This document shows, in pieces, positions 14,671 through 27,155 of a stretch of 64,000 nucleotides of DNA. This DNA comes from the human T2T-CHM13v2.0 reference genome, Homo sapiens. The notes under the pieces were generated by a model, which was not told where the DNA came from, ran no database searches, and saw only the letters and a list, made by a program, of their open reading frames with translations. The stretch lies in assembly GCF_009914755.1 (NCBI RefSeq), contig NC_060925.1. One strand, given 5' to 3'. Numbering within the stretch: position 1 is the first letter of the stretch; each line of letters opens with the position of its first letter. A program made the position numbers and the translations under genes.

Positions 14671-15234
14671 GACCTGAGGGGCAATGTGACTAACCAGAGA
14701 TTTGCAGTTAGTACATTTAGTATACTGAGCTGCTTCCTTGAGCTATTAAGAGCAGATGTCAACAGACCAACAACAGAAGATATACAGGTGATAGTGCCTT
14801 GTAGTTACAAAGCCATTTTCAAAAGCCTTCACATTCACAGCCTTATTTGATCCTCCTAACAGCCCTGCAAAGGAGCTGGTGGTGTTTGTAAGGCAGGATC
14901 TGGACCAAACTTGGGAATCCTGACACTGATCAGAGCTCTTTCCTTTTTCCTGGTGAGTATCACCATGAATACTCAAGAGAATAAGGAGGAAGGAAATCTT
15001 GCTATTGAACTCCCTGGATGCCTGGGGTTTCCACAGTGTTACTTCATTGATCTTGGTAGCAGTAAGAAGCAGGAGTAGTTATCCCCATTTTACAAATTGA
15101 AGTATAGTGCTGCTAAATAACTTGCTCAATGGCTCAGAGCCAAAAAAAATGCAAGAGTTGGATTCAAACCCTGGATTATCTGACTCCAGAGTCTGTGCTC
15201 TATCCATTCACCATACCACTTGCATTATACCAAG

Positions 15235-16193
15235 TGTGGGGAAAAGAAAGAGAGATCAGACTGTTACTGTGTCTATGTAGAAAGAAGTAGACATAAGAGA
15301 CTCCATTTTGTTCTGTACTAAGAAAAATTCTTCTGCCTTGAGATGCTGTTATCTGTAACCCTACCCCCAACCCTGTGCTCGCTGAAACACGTGCTGTGTC
15401 AACTCAAGGTTAAATGGATTAAGGGCTGTGCAGGATGTGCTTTGTTAAACAAATGCTTGAAGGCAGCATGCTTGTTGAAAGTCGTCACCACTCCCTACTC
15501 TCAAGTACCCAGAGACACAATACACTGCGGAAGCCCACAGGGACCTCTGCCTAGGAAAGCCAGGTATTGTCCAAGGTTTCTCCCCATGTGACAGTCTGAA
15601 ATATGGCCTTGCGGGAAGGGAAAGACCTGACCGTCCCCCAGCGTGACACCTGTAAAGGGTCTGTGCTGAGGAGGATTAGTAAAAGAGGAAGGCCTCTTTG
15701 CAGTTGAGATAAGAGAAAAGCATCTGTCTCCTGCTCGTCCCTGGGCAATGGAATGTCTCGGTGTAAAAGCTGATTGTATATTCCATCTACTGAGATAGGA
15801 GAAAACCACCTTAGGGCTGGAGGTGAGACATGCTGGAGGCAATACTGCTCTTTAAGGCATTGAGATGTTTATGTATATGCACCTCAAAAGCACAGCACTT
15901 TTTGCTTTACCTTGTTTATGATGCAGAGACATTTGTTCGCATGTTTTCCTGCTGGCCCTGTCTCCACTATTACCCTATTGTCCTGCCACATCCCCCTCTC
16001 TGAGAAACACCTGATAATGATCAATAAATACTAAGGGAACTCAGAGACTGGTGCTGGTGCGGGTCCTCCATATGCTGAGCGCTGGTCCCCTGGGCCCACT
16101 TTTCTTTCTCTATACTTTTTCTCTGTGTCTCTTTCTTTTCTCAAGTCTCTCATTCCACCCGACGAGAAACGCCCACAGGTGTGGAGGGGCAGG
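15235..16193 (+). mobile_element. HERV-K(HML-2) solo LTR (older LTR5A/B type), 3' terminus missing
   Basis: Begins TGTGGGGAAAAG; colinear with the K18 LTRs; AATAAA at ~16023; ends GGGGCAGG without CCACCCCTTCA. Confidence 0.93.
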
Positions 16194-18414
16194 AATCTTA
16201 GACAGTCTTCAGGCTCTTATTGGCCAATGGCTCATTATCTGTGAAACATTCCTTCTGGCACAGGCCACAGCGTGGGCAGTAGGAGAATCCTAGGTGAGCA
16301 CTATTTCCCATCCTGGCCTCCCGTGTCTGTGGCTCAGCACCATTCTTTCCCTTTGGTGATGCAGAGCCCCAACCTGAGAATGAGGAGGACTATATTTCTG
16401 TAGAAAATAGCCTTCCCCAAAAAACCTCAAGTGGGTTATGCATGGAAGCCATCTCCTACCTCTTAAACTCTTCAATGGGTCCCTAAGCCTTGCCACTCTC
16501 TCTCCTGACACTGTGGCTACGGGCACCAACGTCACCTGCCTGACAGTGTCTGGTCTGGACTGCTCCTGAGTGTCTTGGCTTCCCAGCCAAAGGTCATCAT
16601 CATCACAGCCTCTGACCAGAGGTCCCCTATAGCATGAACTGACCCCACAGAGAAGGGCCACTAAGGCCAGATCACCTGGCCACATGGAGCTCATCATGAG
16701 CACATTTATCTGGATAAGGAAAAAAAAACCTGCAAAACCAAAATGAAAATACAGAATTTCCCCAAACTCCGAAACCTCTCCTAGTAGACCTGACTGAAGA
16801 GTCTAAAACTGGCCTGGGGAAAGCACTGGGAAAAAACACCCTGGGGTCCACCCTGCTGGGTAAGATGAGGAAGCCCACAGGGCAGATGGCTGATATGGAG
16901 GCTGAGCAGACTAGTCAACCAGATAGCCCTGTTGTGGCGCTGGGGCTGTTAGGGTTGAGGGGAGAGTGGAAAGAAAACTGGGCTTTGAAGTGGCTCTAGC
17001 CCAGATCCAGGCCCAGGCTCTACTCAGCTCCTTTATGCTGAATGTTCATGCCTGCCATCAGCTCCCTGGCCAGATGGATGAGCTGAGTGATCAGGCCTGG
17101 GGAGGAGGGCTGAAAATCCCACTGGCAGTGCCTTCTTCCCCGTATCCAGTCTGTGGTGCTGGGAGTGCCCACTGCAAGGCCCTCACCAGGTGTCTCACAT
17201 CAGTACCTCCTCCAGCAGTTCAGACCTGCTTTAGGGAACTGGAATCTGGAAGTGGAGAGACATCTGAGGGTCTTTGCCATCTGAGGACTTCCTCTCAAAC
17301 TGCTGTCATTTCCACTGATGCTCCTCCATCCTTCCAGACCCCAGACCCAATATGTGGGGATCCCTGCCTTCCTGGGGCCTGCGCTGAACTGACTCTGAAT
17401 TCTTCATGTCCCTTAAGGGGTGACTGTGACCGAGAAAGAGTCACTGCTTCACAGACTCTCTCCACAGCATTTTTAGAAGCATTCATGGTAGGAATGGGGT
17501 GCTTCCTACTACCTTTCAAATGACCTCATGCGGCAGTCATGTAATTTGCTAGCCTGCTTTTTACTGGCATACATTGTTAAAGAAAGGGAAATGCCCATGC
17601 CACTCTACTCCTCTAGGAAGGAATAGGGTTCAGGAACTGGTGACAGTGGCTATTAAGTCACCAGCCTCAGATCTTTTCTGTGCTCCAAAAACTGCCTCCC
17701 ATAACCCTGGTCTGCGTTCTTAGACAGAGTGGTAGATAGAAGATAATTTGCAAAGTACCCTGGAAACCCTGGATAACCACTATCGGAAGCAGAATTCATT
17801 TCTGTCTCTGAATAGTTCTGGTCCTTAACTAACCAATGACCTCCCTGAGAAACAGAGACAGCTGGGGAAATGGGGGCTGTGTGCTCCATGAAGTCATCTA
17901 ATGACCCTCTGAGATACTCATGGGCCATTTATGCAGTCCAGAGCAGCGATTCCTGCACCGTCACACCAAAGAGGTGGGCTGACCTGAAGTGAGTCCAGGA
18001 AAGAGGGGAGAGCTAGGACACTTAAGCTGCTTGGAAAAGCTAGCTATAGGGTAGAAATCTTCAGTGAAGAATTCTAACTGGGACCACTGGAGAGAGAGGT
18101 GAATTGTGGAAAGTAACTCCAGATGAAGCCGAGTGGTGGAAGCCCAATCCACCTGCTTCTCCATCCACTTGCCTCTTCTCCATCCACCCACCTCTTCTCC
18201 ATCTACGTGCCTGCCCCAGCACTGACCATGAGAAAACCATTTCATTGGTTTAAAATATAGTGATTCTAAACATCCTTTAATGATATATATATACTTACAT
18301 GGAGTAACAAATCTAATTGTCTACCACTTAATGACTTTATCAGATAACACTGCTAGTTAAGAGAAAAATATTTAGGAATTGTAGTCTTTTTTTGACTTTA
18401 GGGTTCCATCCTCC

Positions 18415-18866
18415 AATGGTTAATTTTATGTGTCAACTAGATGGCATTATGAAGTGGCCAGATTAAACAGTATTTCTGAATGTGTCTGTGAGGGTGTTCT
18501 GGATGAGATTAGCATTTGAATCATGGACTCAGGAAAGTAGATTGCCCTCCTCAGTGTGGTGGGCATCATCCAATTCATTGAGGGCCTGACTAGAACAAAA
18601 AGGCAGAAAGAGGAATTTGTCCCTTTTGCTTCCCGCCTGCCTGTTGAGCCCTTGTACTGGGATTTACACCATCAGCTCCCCTGGTTCTCAGGCCTTCAAA
18701 CTCGAACTGGAATTACACCACTGGCTTTCCTGGATCTCCAGCTTGCAGACAGCAGGTCATGAAACTTCTCAGTCTCCATAATCACATGAGCCAATTCCTC
18801 ATAATAAATCTTTTTATGTATATATATCCTGTTGATTCTGTTTCTCTGGAGAACCCTAACTAATAT
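18415..18866 (+). mobile_element. MLT2-type (ERVL) LTR
   Basis: tggttaattttatgtgtcaact...ggagaaccctaactaata. Confidence 0.8.
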
Positions 18867-18942
18867 TCATCTCCTCTTTTAAAAATCACAAATGTAATAT
18901 AGCACTGAAGGAAATGTCTTTAAAAGAAAGAAAATAAAATGT

Positions 18943-19275
18943 GATCCACGTATAGTGGCTTATGCCTGCAATCCTAACACTTTGGGAGGCCAAAGCAGGA
19001 GGATCATTTGAGGCCAAGAGTTTAAGATCAGCCTGGGCAACATAATGAGACCCCAGCTCTACAAAAAAAAGTTTTTTTTTAATTAGCCAAGCATGGTGGC
19101 ACATGCCTGTAGTCCCAGCTACTTAGGAGGCAGAGATGGGAGGATTGCTTGAGCCCAGAAGTTCAAGATTACAGTGAGCTATGTTTGTACCATGCAGTCC
19201 AGCCTGGGTGACATAGTGAGACCCTGTCAAAAAAAAAAAAAAAAAAAGAAAAAGGAAAAAAGAAAGAAAGGAAAA
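18943..19275 (+). mobile_element. AluJ element
   Basis: Diverged Alu dimer with A-rich tail. Confidence 0.9.
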
Positions 19276-21811
19276 TCTGCCATCATTTTTTAACTATCAC
19301 AACTGCTTTCAAGTTTGCAATTTTCCAAACCTTTCTTTATAAGGCAGCAGACGAGTTTAGAACTCTAGCTACATGGTCAGATAGTCCTGGGCCCACGTCC
19401 CCATTCTGTTATTTATAAATCATCCCATGTTAGGTAAGTTATTTAATCTCTCTAAGCCACACTTGCCTCATCAGTAACAGAGTTAAGATGAAAAAAAATC
19501 TCATAGGGTTGTTGGGAGAAGTAAATGGCATAAATACAAGTAAGATGTTCACTGCAGTGCCTGACATGTGAAAGCCATTTTGCATTTGGTGTCTATCACT
19601 TTTTATGGTTTCCTGAGGTGGTCATGATTAATTAAATGACGAACACCATAAAGCTGGAGCTGGGGATGCACAGGAAGTTCTGCTGTGTGGTCAAGATCAA
19701 GGACACTCCTCAGAGACATGGAGCAGAATGCTTCAGGCACCCTACAAATGAATGTCATTCCTGGGCATCTCTATTGGAGGCAACAATAACTTTGCAACAT
19801 AAATTAGGGACAAAAACACACTATAGACTATTAAGACCTTTTAGCAATTGAAGAGAGAGATGGATTTGATGTGATAAGTGTTTTAAAGTCCTGTTATAAA
19901 AGAATTGAAATTTCTCAGCATAGACTATCCCATTTCATAAAGAAAATATCAGTGTATAATATGTAACAGGAAGAGTTATATATGTAGACTATGAATCAGA
20001 ACAGAAAATGTGAAACAGAATGAAAATGTGAACTGAACCCTTGGCCACACCTGATGCAGTTTCACAGAATCCACGTGTGGAGGGATTGGAAGACAATACC
20101 AAAATCACACAGTACAGTAAATGCAGTTAGTGTTTATTTTCATTGTATAAAATACCTCTGAGGTTCTCATTCTGTATGGCGGGCTTGGTCGCTTCAATTT
20201 ATCTTTTTGCTTTATTATACAATTTCAAGTAAAAAATGCCTCTGGGTATCATCGTAAGTAAACATCTGATAGGCTAATCTCGAATAATAATTACAGTTAA
20301 GATTCTGGTGCCTGGGATAGACACCAAGTGCCTTTTACTAAGCAGCGGCTTAAGTGAAGTTTTTTCTTGCCTCAGTGGGTTATTCATTCCAGAAGAACAT
20401 TTGTAACTACAGTCACTGGGTTGCACATAGTTTTGTATTTTTTTAAATTTAACATAATACGTTACAATGACTCACAGGTTGTTGCCTAGTTTAATGAAGA
20501 ACAATTTCTTAAAGAACATTGTGTTCATTATCTCTCCTCGAAAAAAGAACAAATGAAGATCATGAGATTGTTTAAAATGTCAAATTTTGAAAAGCGTTCT
20601 ATGGAGTAAAAGAAGTAAAGATCATACTCAGAGATAGACACTTCCTTCTTTAGTTTTATTGTTTCTAAATTTTGCTTTGTTGAGCAAGACCATAGAGTTA
20701 AAACAACAAGGAGTACGTTTTATCTTAAGAAATTTTCCCAGGGGTGAATAAGTCAGTTAAGAGGCAGCCTCTTTTTCTGTTGTATTTGTCTTTAAGAAGG
20801 ATGGCTCATGATGCCCAGTTCTGATGACAGAACCTGGATAAAGACTATTAAAATGAACTCTGGTCTTGTCTGGGCCCCAACTGGCTGGGATATTGTGCTG
20901 CATGCTCAGATGGCATTTTGAGACCCAGCCGTCCTTCTTGGATTTCCCTCCAGCCAGAACCTCCAGCAAAAGTTTCTGTGGAGACATTTCGCCTGCAGCT
21001 TAGAATATCTACTATTTCTCCTGGATGAGACTCCCACTCCATAAGAAAATCCTTCCCTGGAACAGAGGGCTGGGAGAAAGACAAGCAATTACCGTTGCTT
21101 CCTATATTGTTTACTGAACTCTTTAAAACACAAGAATCTATTTTAAGAACATGGGTCCTTAATTTGGCTTGCTCACGGAAGTATGGTATGTCATGGGACT
21201 ACAAGAAGATGAAAATTCTACAGCAGTACAGCTGAACTTTTCCAAGAGCTCAGCACCAGGTTTAACCTTACTATTATCCACAGGTAATTCACAGATGAGG
21301 AAACTGAAGCTTAGAGAGTTAAATAACTTGCTTGAGGTGACGCAGTAAATAAATAGCAGACGCAGTACTTGGATATAATCTCTACTGCCTCTTACCACAC
21401 TGGCCCAGGATACATGCTGTTTAGCAAAGCCATTATCGGAGTCCTTCATATCTAGGGGCAAGAAGGCCAGATAAGGAGAGACCAGGGAAAGAGAATAGCA
21501 GTGATCCTATGCCCTCCCTTTATGACATTCCTTCTAAGTTCTTGCCCCACATCCTAATCTACTTATCATTAAGAATTTTTAACTCTTGACTTCCTTTAGT
21601 CTTTCCCGTCTTCTTAGAAACTCCTCCAGCCTTGGCCTGGGGCGCTCTCTTTCTCCCCACTCCTTTCCGCCCTTTGACCTGTCTAGCTCCCAGGAGATTT
21701 CTTGCCACTGGCCCAGGTCAACAAACAGACTCATCAGGGGCCTGCCGTAAGCATGATTCTGCTCTTCTTATCCTGAGTTATACACTGAGGCTCCACAGGC
21801 CCTGATATTTC

Positions 21812-22296
21812 TGACGCAAGACAGGTGAGATCCAATATTGGGGCTTAGCCCAGGAAGGCTCTTGGCTTTGCCCAAGAAAGAATTCAAGTGTGAGCTGCTG
21901 GTGTTAAACAACAACTTTTACGAAGTGACAGTGTGCAGCAGCAGGACATATACTGTTCCTTGCAGAGCAAGGCTACCCCATAGGCTGTGTGCCCAGAGTA
22001 GCAGGTCAGAGGCAGTTATGCACTCACATTTATACCCACTTCTAATTATATGCAAATTAAGGGGCAATTTATGCAGAAATTTTTAGGAAAAGGGTGGTAA
22101 CTTCCTGGTTGTCAGGTCATTGCCAGGGAAAGGGGCGGTAATTTCTGAGTGTTGCCATAGCAATGGTAAACTGACATGGTACACTGGTGGGTTTGTCTTA
22201 TGGAAAACTGCTTCCACTCCAGCCCTGTTTCAGCTAGTCCTCAACTTGGTCCTGTGTCTGAGCCCTGCTTCCAGAGTCAAGTCCCACCTCCTACTT
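21812..22296 (-). mobile_element. ERV1-class solo LTR (family unresolved)
   Basis: Reverse strand begins aggaggtgggacttgactctgg...; LTR-like length; contains octamer ATGCAAAT. Confidence 0.55.
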
Positions 22297-22477
22297 TACT
22301 TCCACTATTTGACAGACTCATGGCTCTCTATTTGGGATCTTAGATATTTGGCTCCACTATTGCCCAGTTCTGCTCTTCCTTGAATGATTAATGTTTGGAC
22401 AATTTATACTGCCACCCAAAGAATCTGAGGGTTCAAGTTTGACCTTATGCTAATAAAATTTTTATGCCAAGTAAGTT

Positions 22478-25400
22478 TCTTTTTTTTTACGTTTTAGATT
22501 CAAGGGGTGCAAGTGTAGATTTGTTACATGGGTATATTGTGCAATGCTGGGATTTGGACTTCTATTGAACCCATCACTCACATAGTTAATATAATACCCA
22601 ATAGGTAGTTTCCAACCCTTACCCTACTCCCTTGCTCCTCACTCTTGGGGTCCCCAGTGTCTGTCTATTGTTTCCGTCTTTATGTCTGTATGTACCCATT
22701 ATTTAGCTCCCACTTGCAAGTGAGGACATGTGATCATTAATTTTCTGTTTTTGTGTTAATTTACTTAGGATAATGGCCTCGAGCTGCATCCGTGTTGCTG
22801 CAGAAGACATGATTTCATTCTTTTTTACAGCTGCATAGTATTCCACTGTGTATACATACCACATTTTCTTTATCCAGCCCACTGTTGATGGGCACCTAAA
22901 TTGATTCCATGACTTTGCTACTGTGAATAGTGCTGCAATAAACATATGAGTACAGGTGTCTTTTTGATAAAACTACTTCTTTTCCTTTCAGTAGATGCCC
23001 AGTAGTGGAATTGCTGAATCAAACGGTAGTTCTAAAATAACTTTGAAAAATCTCCATACTGTTTTCCATAGGGGTTGAACTTATTTACATTCCCACCAAC
23101 AGTGTATAGTGTCCCTTTTTCTCCACATCCTTGCCAACATTTGTTATTTTTTCACTTTTTAAGAATAGCCATTCTAGCATGTGTGAGATGGTATTTCGTT
23201 GTGGTTTTAATTTGCATTTCTCTGATTATTAGTGATACTGAGCCTTTTTCATATGTTTCTTGGCCACTTGCTATCTTCTTTTGAGAAGTGTCTCTTCATG
23301 TCTTTTGCCCACTTCTTAATGGTTGATATAAATGGATGTTTTTCACCTCCAAATGTTGAAATGTAATTCCCAGTGTTGGAGGTGGAGCCTAGTGGGAGGT
23401 GTTTGGGTCGTAGAGGCAGATCACTCATGAATGGCTTGGTGTCTGTCCTACAATAATGAGTTCATGGAAGAGCTGGTTGTATAAAAGAGCTTGGCATCTC
23501 TCTCACTCTCTCTCTTGCCATGTGACATGCCTGCTTCCCATCACCTTCCACTATGATTGTAAGCTTCCTGAGGCCTCACCAGATGCTGGTGCCATGTTTG
23601 TACGGCCTGCAGAACTATCAGCCAAAAAAAACCTCTTTTCTTTATAAATTACCCAGTCTCAGGCATTCTTTCATAGCAATGCAAAATGGACTAACACCAT
23701 GGGGTTATTTGTTTCTTTCTTGTTGATTTGCTTAAGTTCCTTACAGATTCTGGATATTAGTCCTTTGGTGGATGCATAGTTTGCAAATATTTTCCCCCTT
23801 TCTGTAGGTTGTATTTACTCTGTTGATTTTTTTTTTCTTTCGCTGTGCAGGAGCTCTTTAGTTTAATTAACTCCCATTTGTCAATTTTTGTTTTTGCTGT
23901 ATTTGTGTTTGAGATATTAGTCATAAATTCTTTGCCTAGATTAATGTCTAGAAGAGTTTTTCCTAGCTTTTCTTCTAGGATTATTATAGTTTGAAGTCTA
24001 ACATTTAAGTCTTTAATTCATCTTGAGTTAATTTTTGTATATGGGGAGGGGTAGGGGTTCACTTTCTTTCTTCTGCACATGACTAGACTGTTTTCCCAGC
24101 ACCATTTATTGAATAGCGTGTCCTCGCCCCATTGTTCACTTTTGTCGACTTTGTCAAAGATCAGTTGGTTGTAGGTTTATGGCTTAATTTCTGGGTTTCA
24201 TGTTCTGTTCTATTGATCTATGTGTTCATTTTTGTACCAGTACCATGCTGTTTGGGTTACCATGACCTTGTAGTATAGTTTGAAGTTGGGTAATGTGGTA
24301 CCTCTGGCTTTGTTCTTTTGCTTAGGATTGCTTTGGCTAGCCAGGCTCTTTTTGGTTCCATGTGAATTTTAGAATTGTTTTTTTTCTAATTCTGTGAAAA
24401 ATGATGGTAAATTAATAAGAATTCTGTTAATTCGTAGATTGTTTTGGGAAGCATGGACATTTAAATGATATTGATTCTTCCAATCCATGAGCATGGACTG
24501 TTTTTCCATTTGCTGTCTCATCTGTGATTTCTGTCATCCATGTATTGTAGCTCTCCTCATAGAGATCTTTCACCTCGTTAGTCAAATGTATTCTTAGGTA
24601 TTTTATATTTTGTGGCTATTGTAAATGGGATTGAGTTATTGATTTGGTTCTCAGCTTGAATGTGATTGGTGTATAGAAATGCTACTGGTTTTTGTATGTT
24701 GATTTTGTATCCTGAACCTTTACTGAGGTTCTTTATCAGGTCTAGGAGCCTTTTAGAATAATCTTTAGGGCCTTCTAGGTGCAGGATCATGTTGTCAGTG
24801 AACAGAGATAATTTGACTTTATTTTTTCCTATTTGAATGCCTTTTATTTCTTTTTCTTGCCTGATTGTTCTGACTAGGGTTTCCAGTACTAAGTTAAATA
24901 CAAGTGGTGAAAGTGGACATCCTTGTCTTGTTCCAATTCTTAAGGGGAATGCTTACAAATTTTGCCCATTCTATAGGATATTAGCTGTGGTTTTTGTCAT
25001 GGATTGTTATTATTTTGAGGTATGTTCCTTTAGTGCCTAGTTTGTTGAGGGTTTTTCTCATGAAGAGATGTTGAATTTTATTGAATGCTTTTTCTGCATT
25101 TATTGAGATGATCATATGGTTTTTGTTTTTAATTCTGTTTATGTGGTGAATCACATTTATTGATTTGTGTATGCTGAATTATGTCTGCATCCCAGAAGTA
25201 AAGCCAACTTAATCCTGATGAATTGTCTTTTTGATGTGCTGCTGAATTCAGTTTGCTAGTATTTTGTTGAAGGTTTTTGCATCTATGTTCATCAGGAGTA
25301 TTAACTTGTAGTTTTCTTTATCTGTCGTGCCCTTGCCAGACTTTGATATGAGGATGATACTGGCTTTATAGAATGAATTGAGGAAGAATCCCTCCTCCTC

Positions 25401-25912
25401 AATTTCTTGGAATAGTTTTAGTAAGATTGGTACCAGCTGTTCTTTGTACATCTGGTAGATTTCCACTGTGAGTCCGTCTAGTTCTGGGCATTTTTTGGTT
25501 GGTAGTTTTTTTTTATTACTGATTGAGTTTTGCAACTCATTATTGGTCTGTTAATAATTTCAGTTTCTTCCTGGATCAATCTTAGAAGTTTATGGGTTTC
25601 CAGGAATTTATCCATTTCCTTTAGATTTTCTAGTTTGTGTGCATAGAGCTGTTCATAGTGGTCTCTGAGGATCTTTTGTATTTCTGCAATATTAATTGTA
25701 ATGTCACCTTTGTCATTTCTGATTGTGCTTATTTGGGATCTTTTCTTTTTTTTTTTCTTGGTTATTCTAGTTAGCAGTCTATCAATCTTATTCATCCTTT
25801 CAAACAACCAACTTTATTTTTTTGATCCTTTGTGTGAGGTTTTTTTTTTTTTTTGTCTCAGGTTCATTTATTTTTGCTCTGATTTTAGTTATTTCTTTTC
25901 TTCTGCTAGCTT
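22478..25912 (-). mobile_element. 5'-truncated L1 (L1PB/L1MA-like): ORF2 remnants and 3' UTR
   Basis: ORF2-like peptides ([47 protein letters not shown]); T-tail at ~22478. Confidence 0.92.
23322..23697 (+). mobile_element. MST-type MaLR LTR inserted in the L1
   Basis: gttgaaatgtaattccc...ccactatgattgtaagcttcctgaggc...ggactaaca. Confidence 0.8.
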
Positions 25913-26098
25913 CATCAAAAAAGGTTATCATTGCATGGTTATATGTAGCTAAAGGAACATGAAGACAAATATGAATTAGAACCACAAGGATTTCACTCAT
26001 TACTTGTACGACCTTGGATAAGTCATGGTGTTGGCGAAAATCAGTTTTCTTATCTATAAAATAATGCACTACAAGTTATCTCACATAGTGGATGCTAT

Positions 26099-26518
26099 GA
26101 TGTGCTGTTCCGATCTCCCCCTCAAGACCAAAGCAGTCATTCCCCATGCAGGAAGTATTGGTGGCTGACAGCTCTCAGCTGAGTTCCTCCCCAGGAACTG
26201 CCCTTAGCCAGTTCCTTCCCTGAGGAACCCACATCAAACAACTGGGCCAACTGGTTGATGAAAGGATATAAAAGTCCAGTCCCCTTTTGCCTCAGTTTGC
26301 AACAGCTCTGAGGGTCATTCTAGCTCCAGGGCTCCTCACTGAGTCAGCTGAGGACTTTGTTGCAACTGCATCCGCAGCTCAACTTCTTCCTCTGCTCACT
26401 CTTACTTCCCTCACTCCCTCACAGGTATTGATTATTTCATGGGCACTCCTCCATAAACTTTTCACACACAAATCTCCATCTCAGAGTCTGATTTTTGAAA
26501 ACCTGAGCAAAGATACCT
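26099..26518 (+). mobile_element. LTR16-like ERVL LTR
   Basis: ggctgacagctctcagctgag...aaatctccatctcagagtctg...; family from recall. Confidence 0.55.
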
Positions 26519-26830
26519 AATATGCCTTTTGAATGTTAAAACAGCAGTGTATATAAAGTACAGTATTTGCTATATTGTGAACACTCAATATTTGCTATTC
26601 TCTTCTCTTCCTCATTGTTTTGATCTGTTTTTCTTTCATTCCTGCAAGGATACACAACCCAGGACTTTCCACAGGAGGCAGTGTCTCCCCTTTCACCTGA
26701 TCAAAACTCCTTTTTGCGCACAAATAATTAAACACATTCTTGGAAAGCCATTCATTCTTTGATGGAAGCCACCAAAAGTCTTAAGCAGCTGAGTGACCTG
26801 TTCATATTTTTGCTTTAGAAAGATTACCTT

Positions 26831-27155
<325 letters not shown>

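Noticed and set aside
16966-17523. 185-aa plus-strand ORF
   Set aside because: GTG start, no domain similarity or exon structure; likely chance
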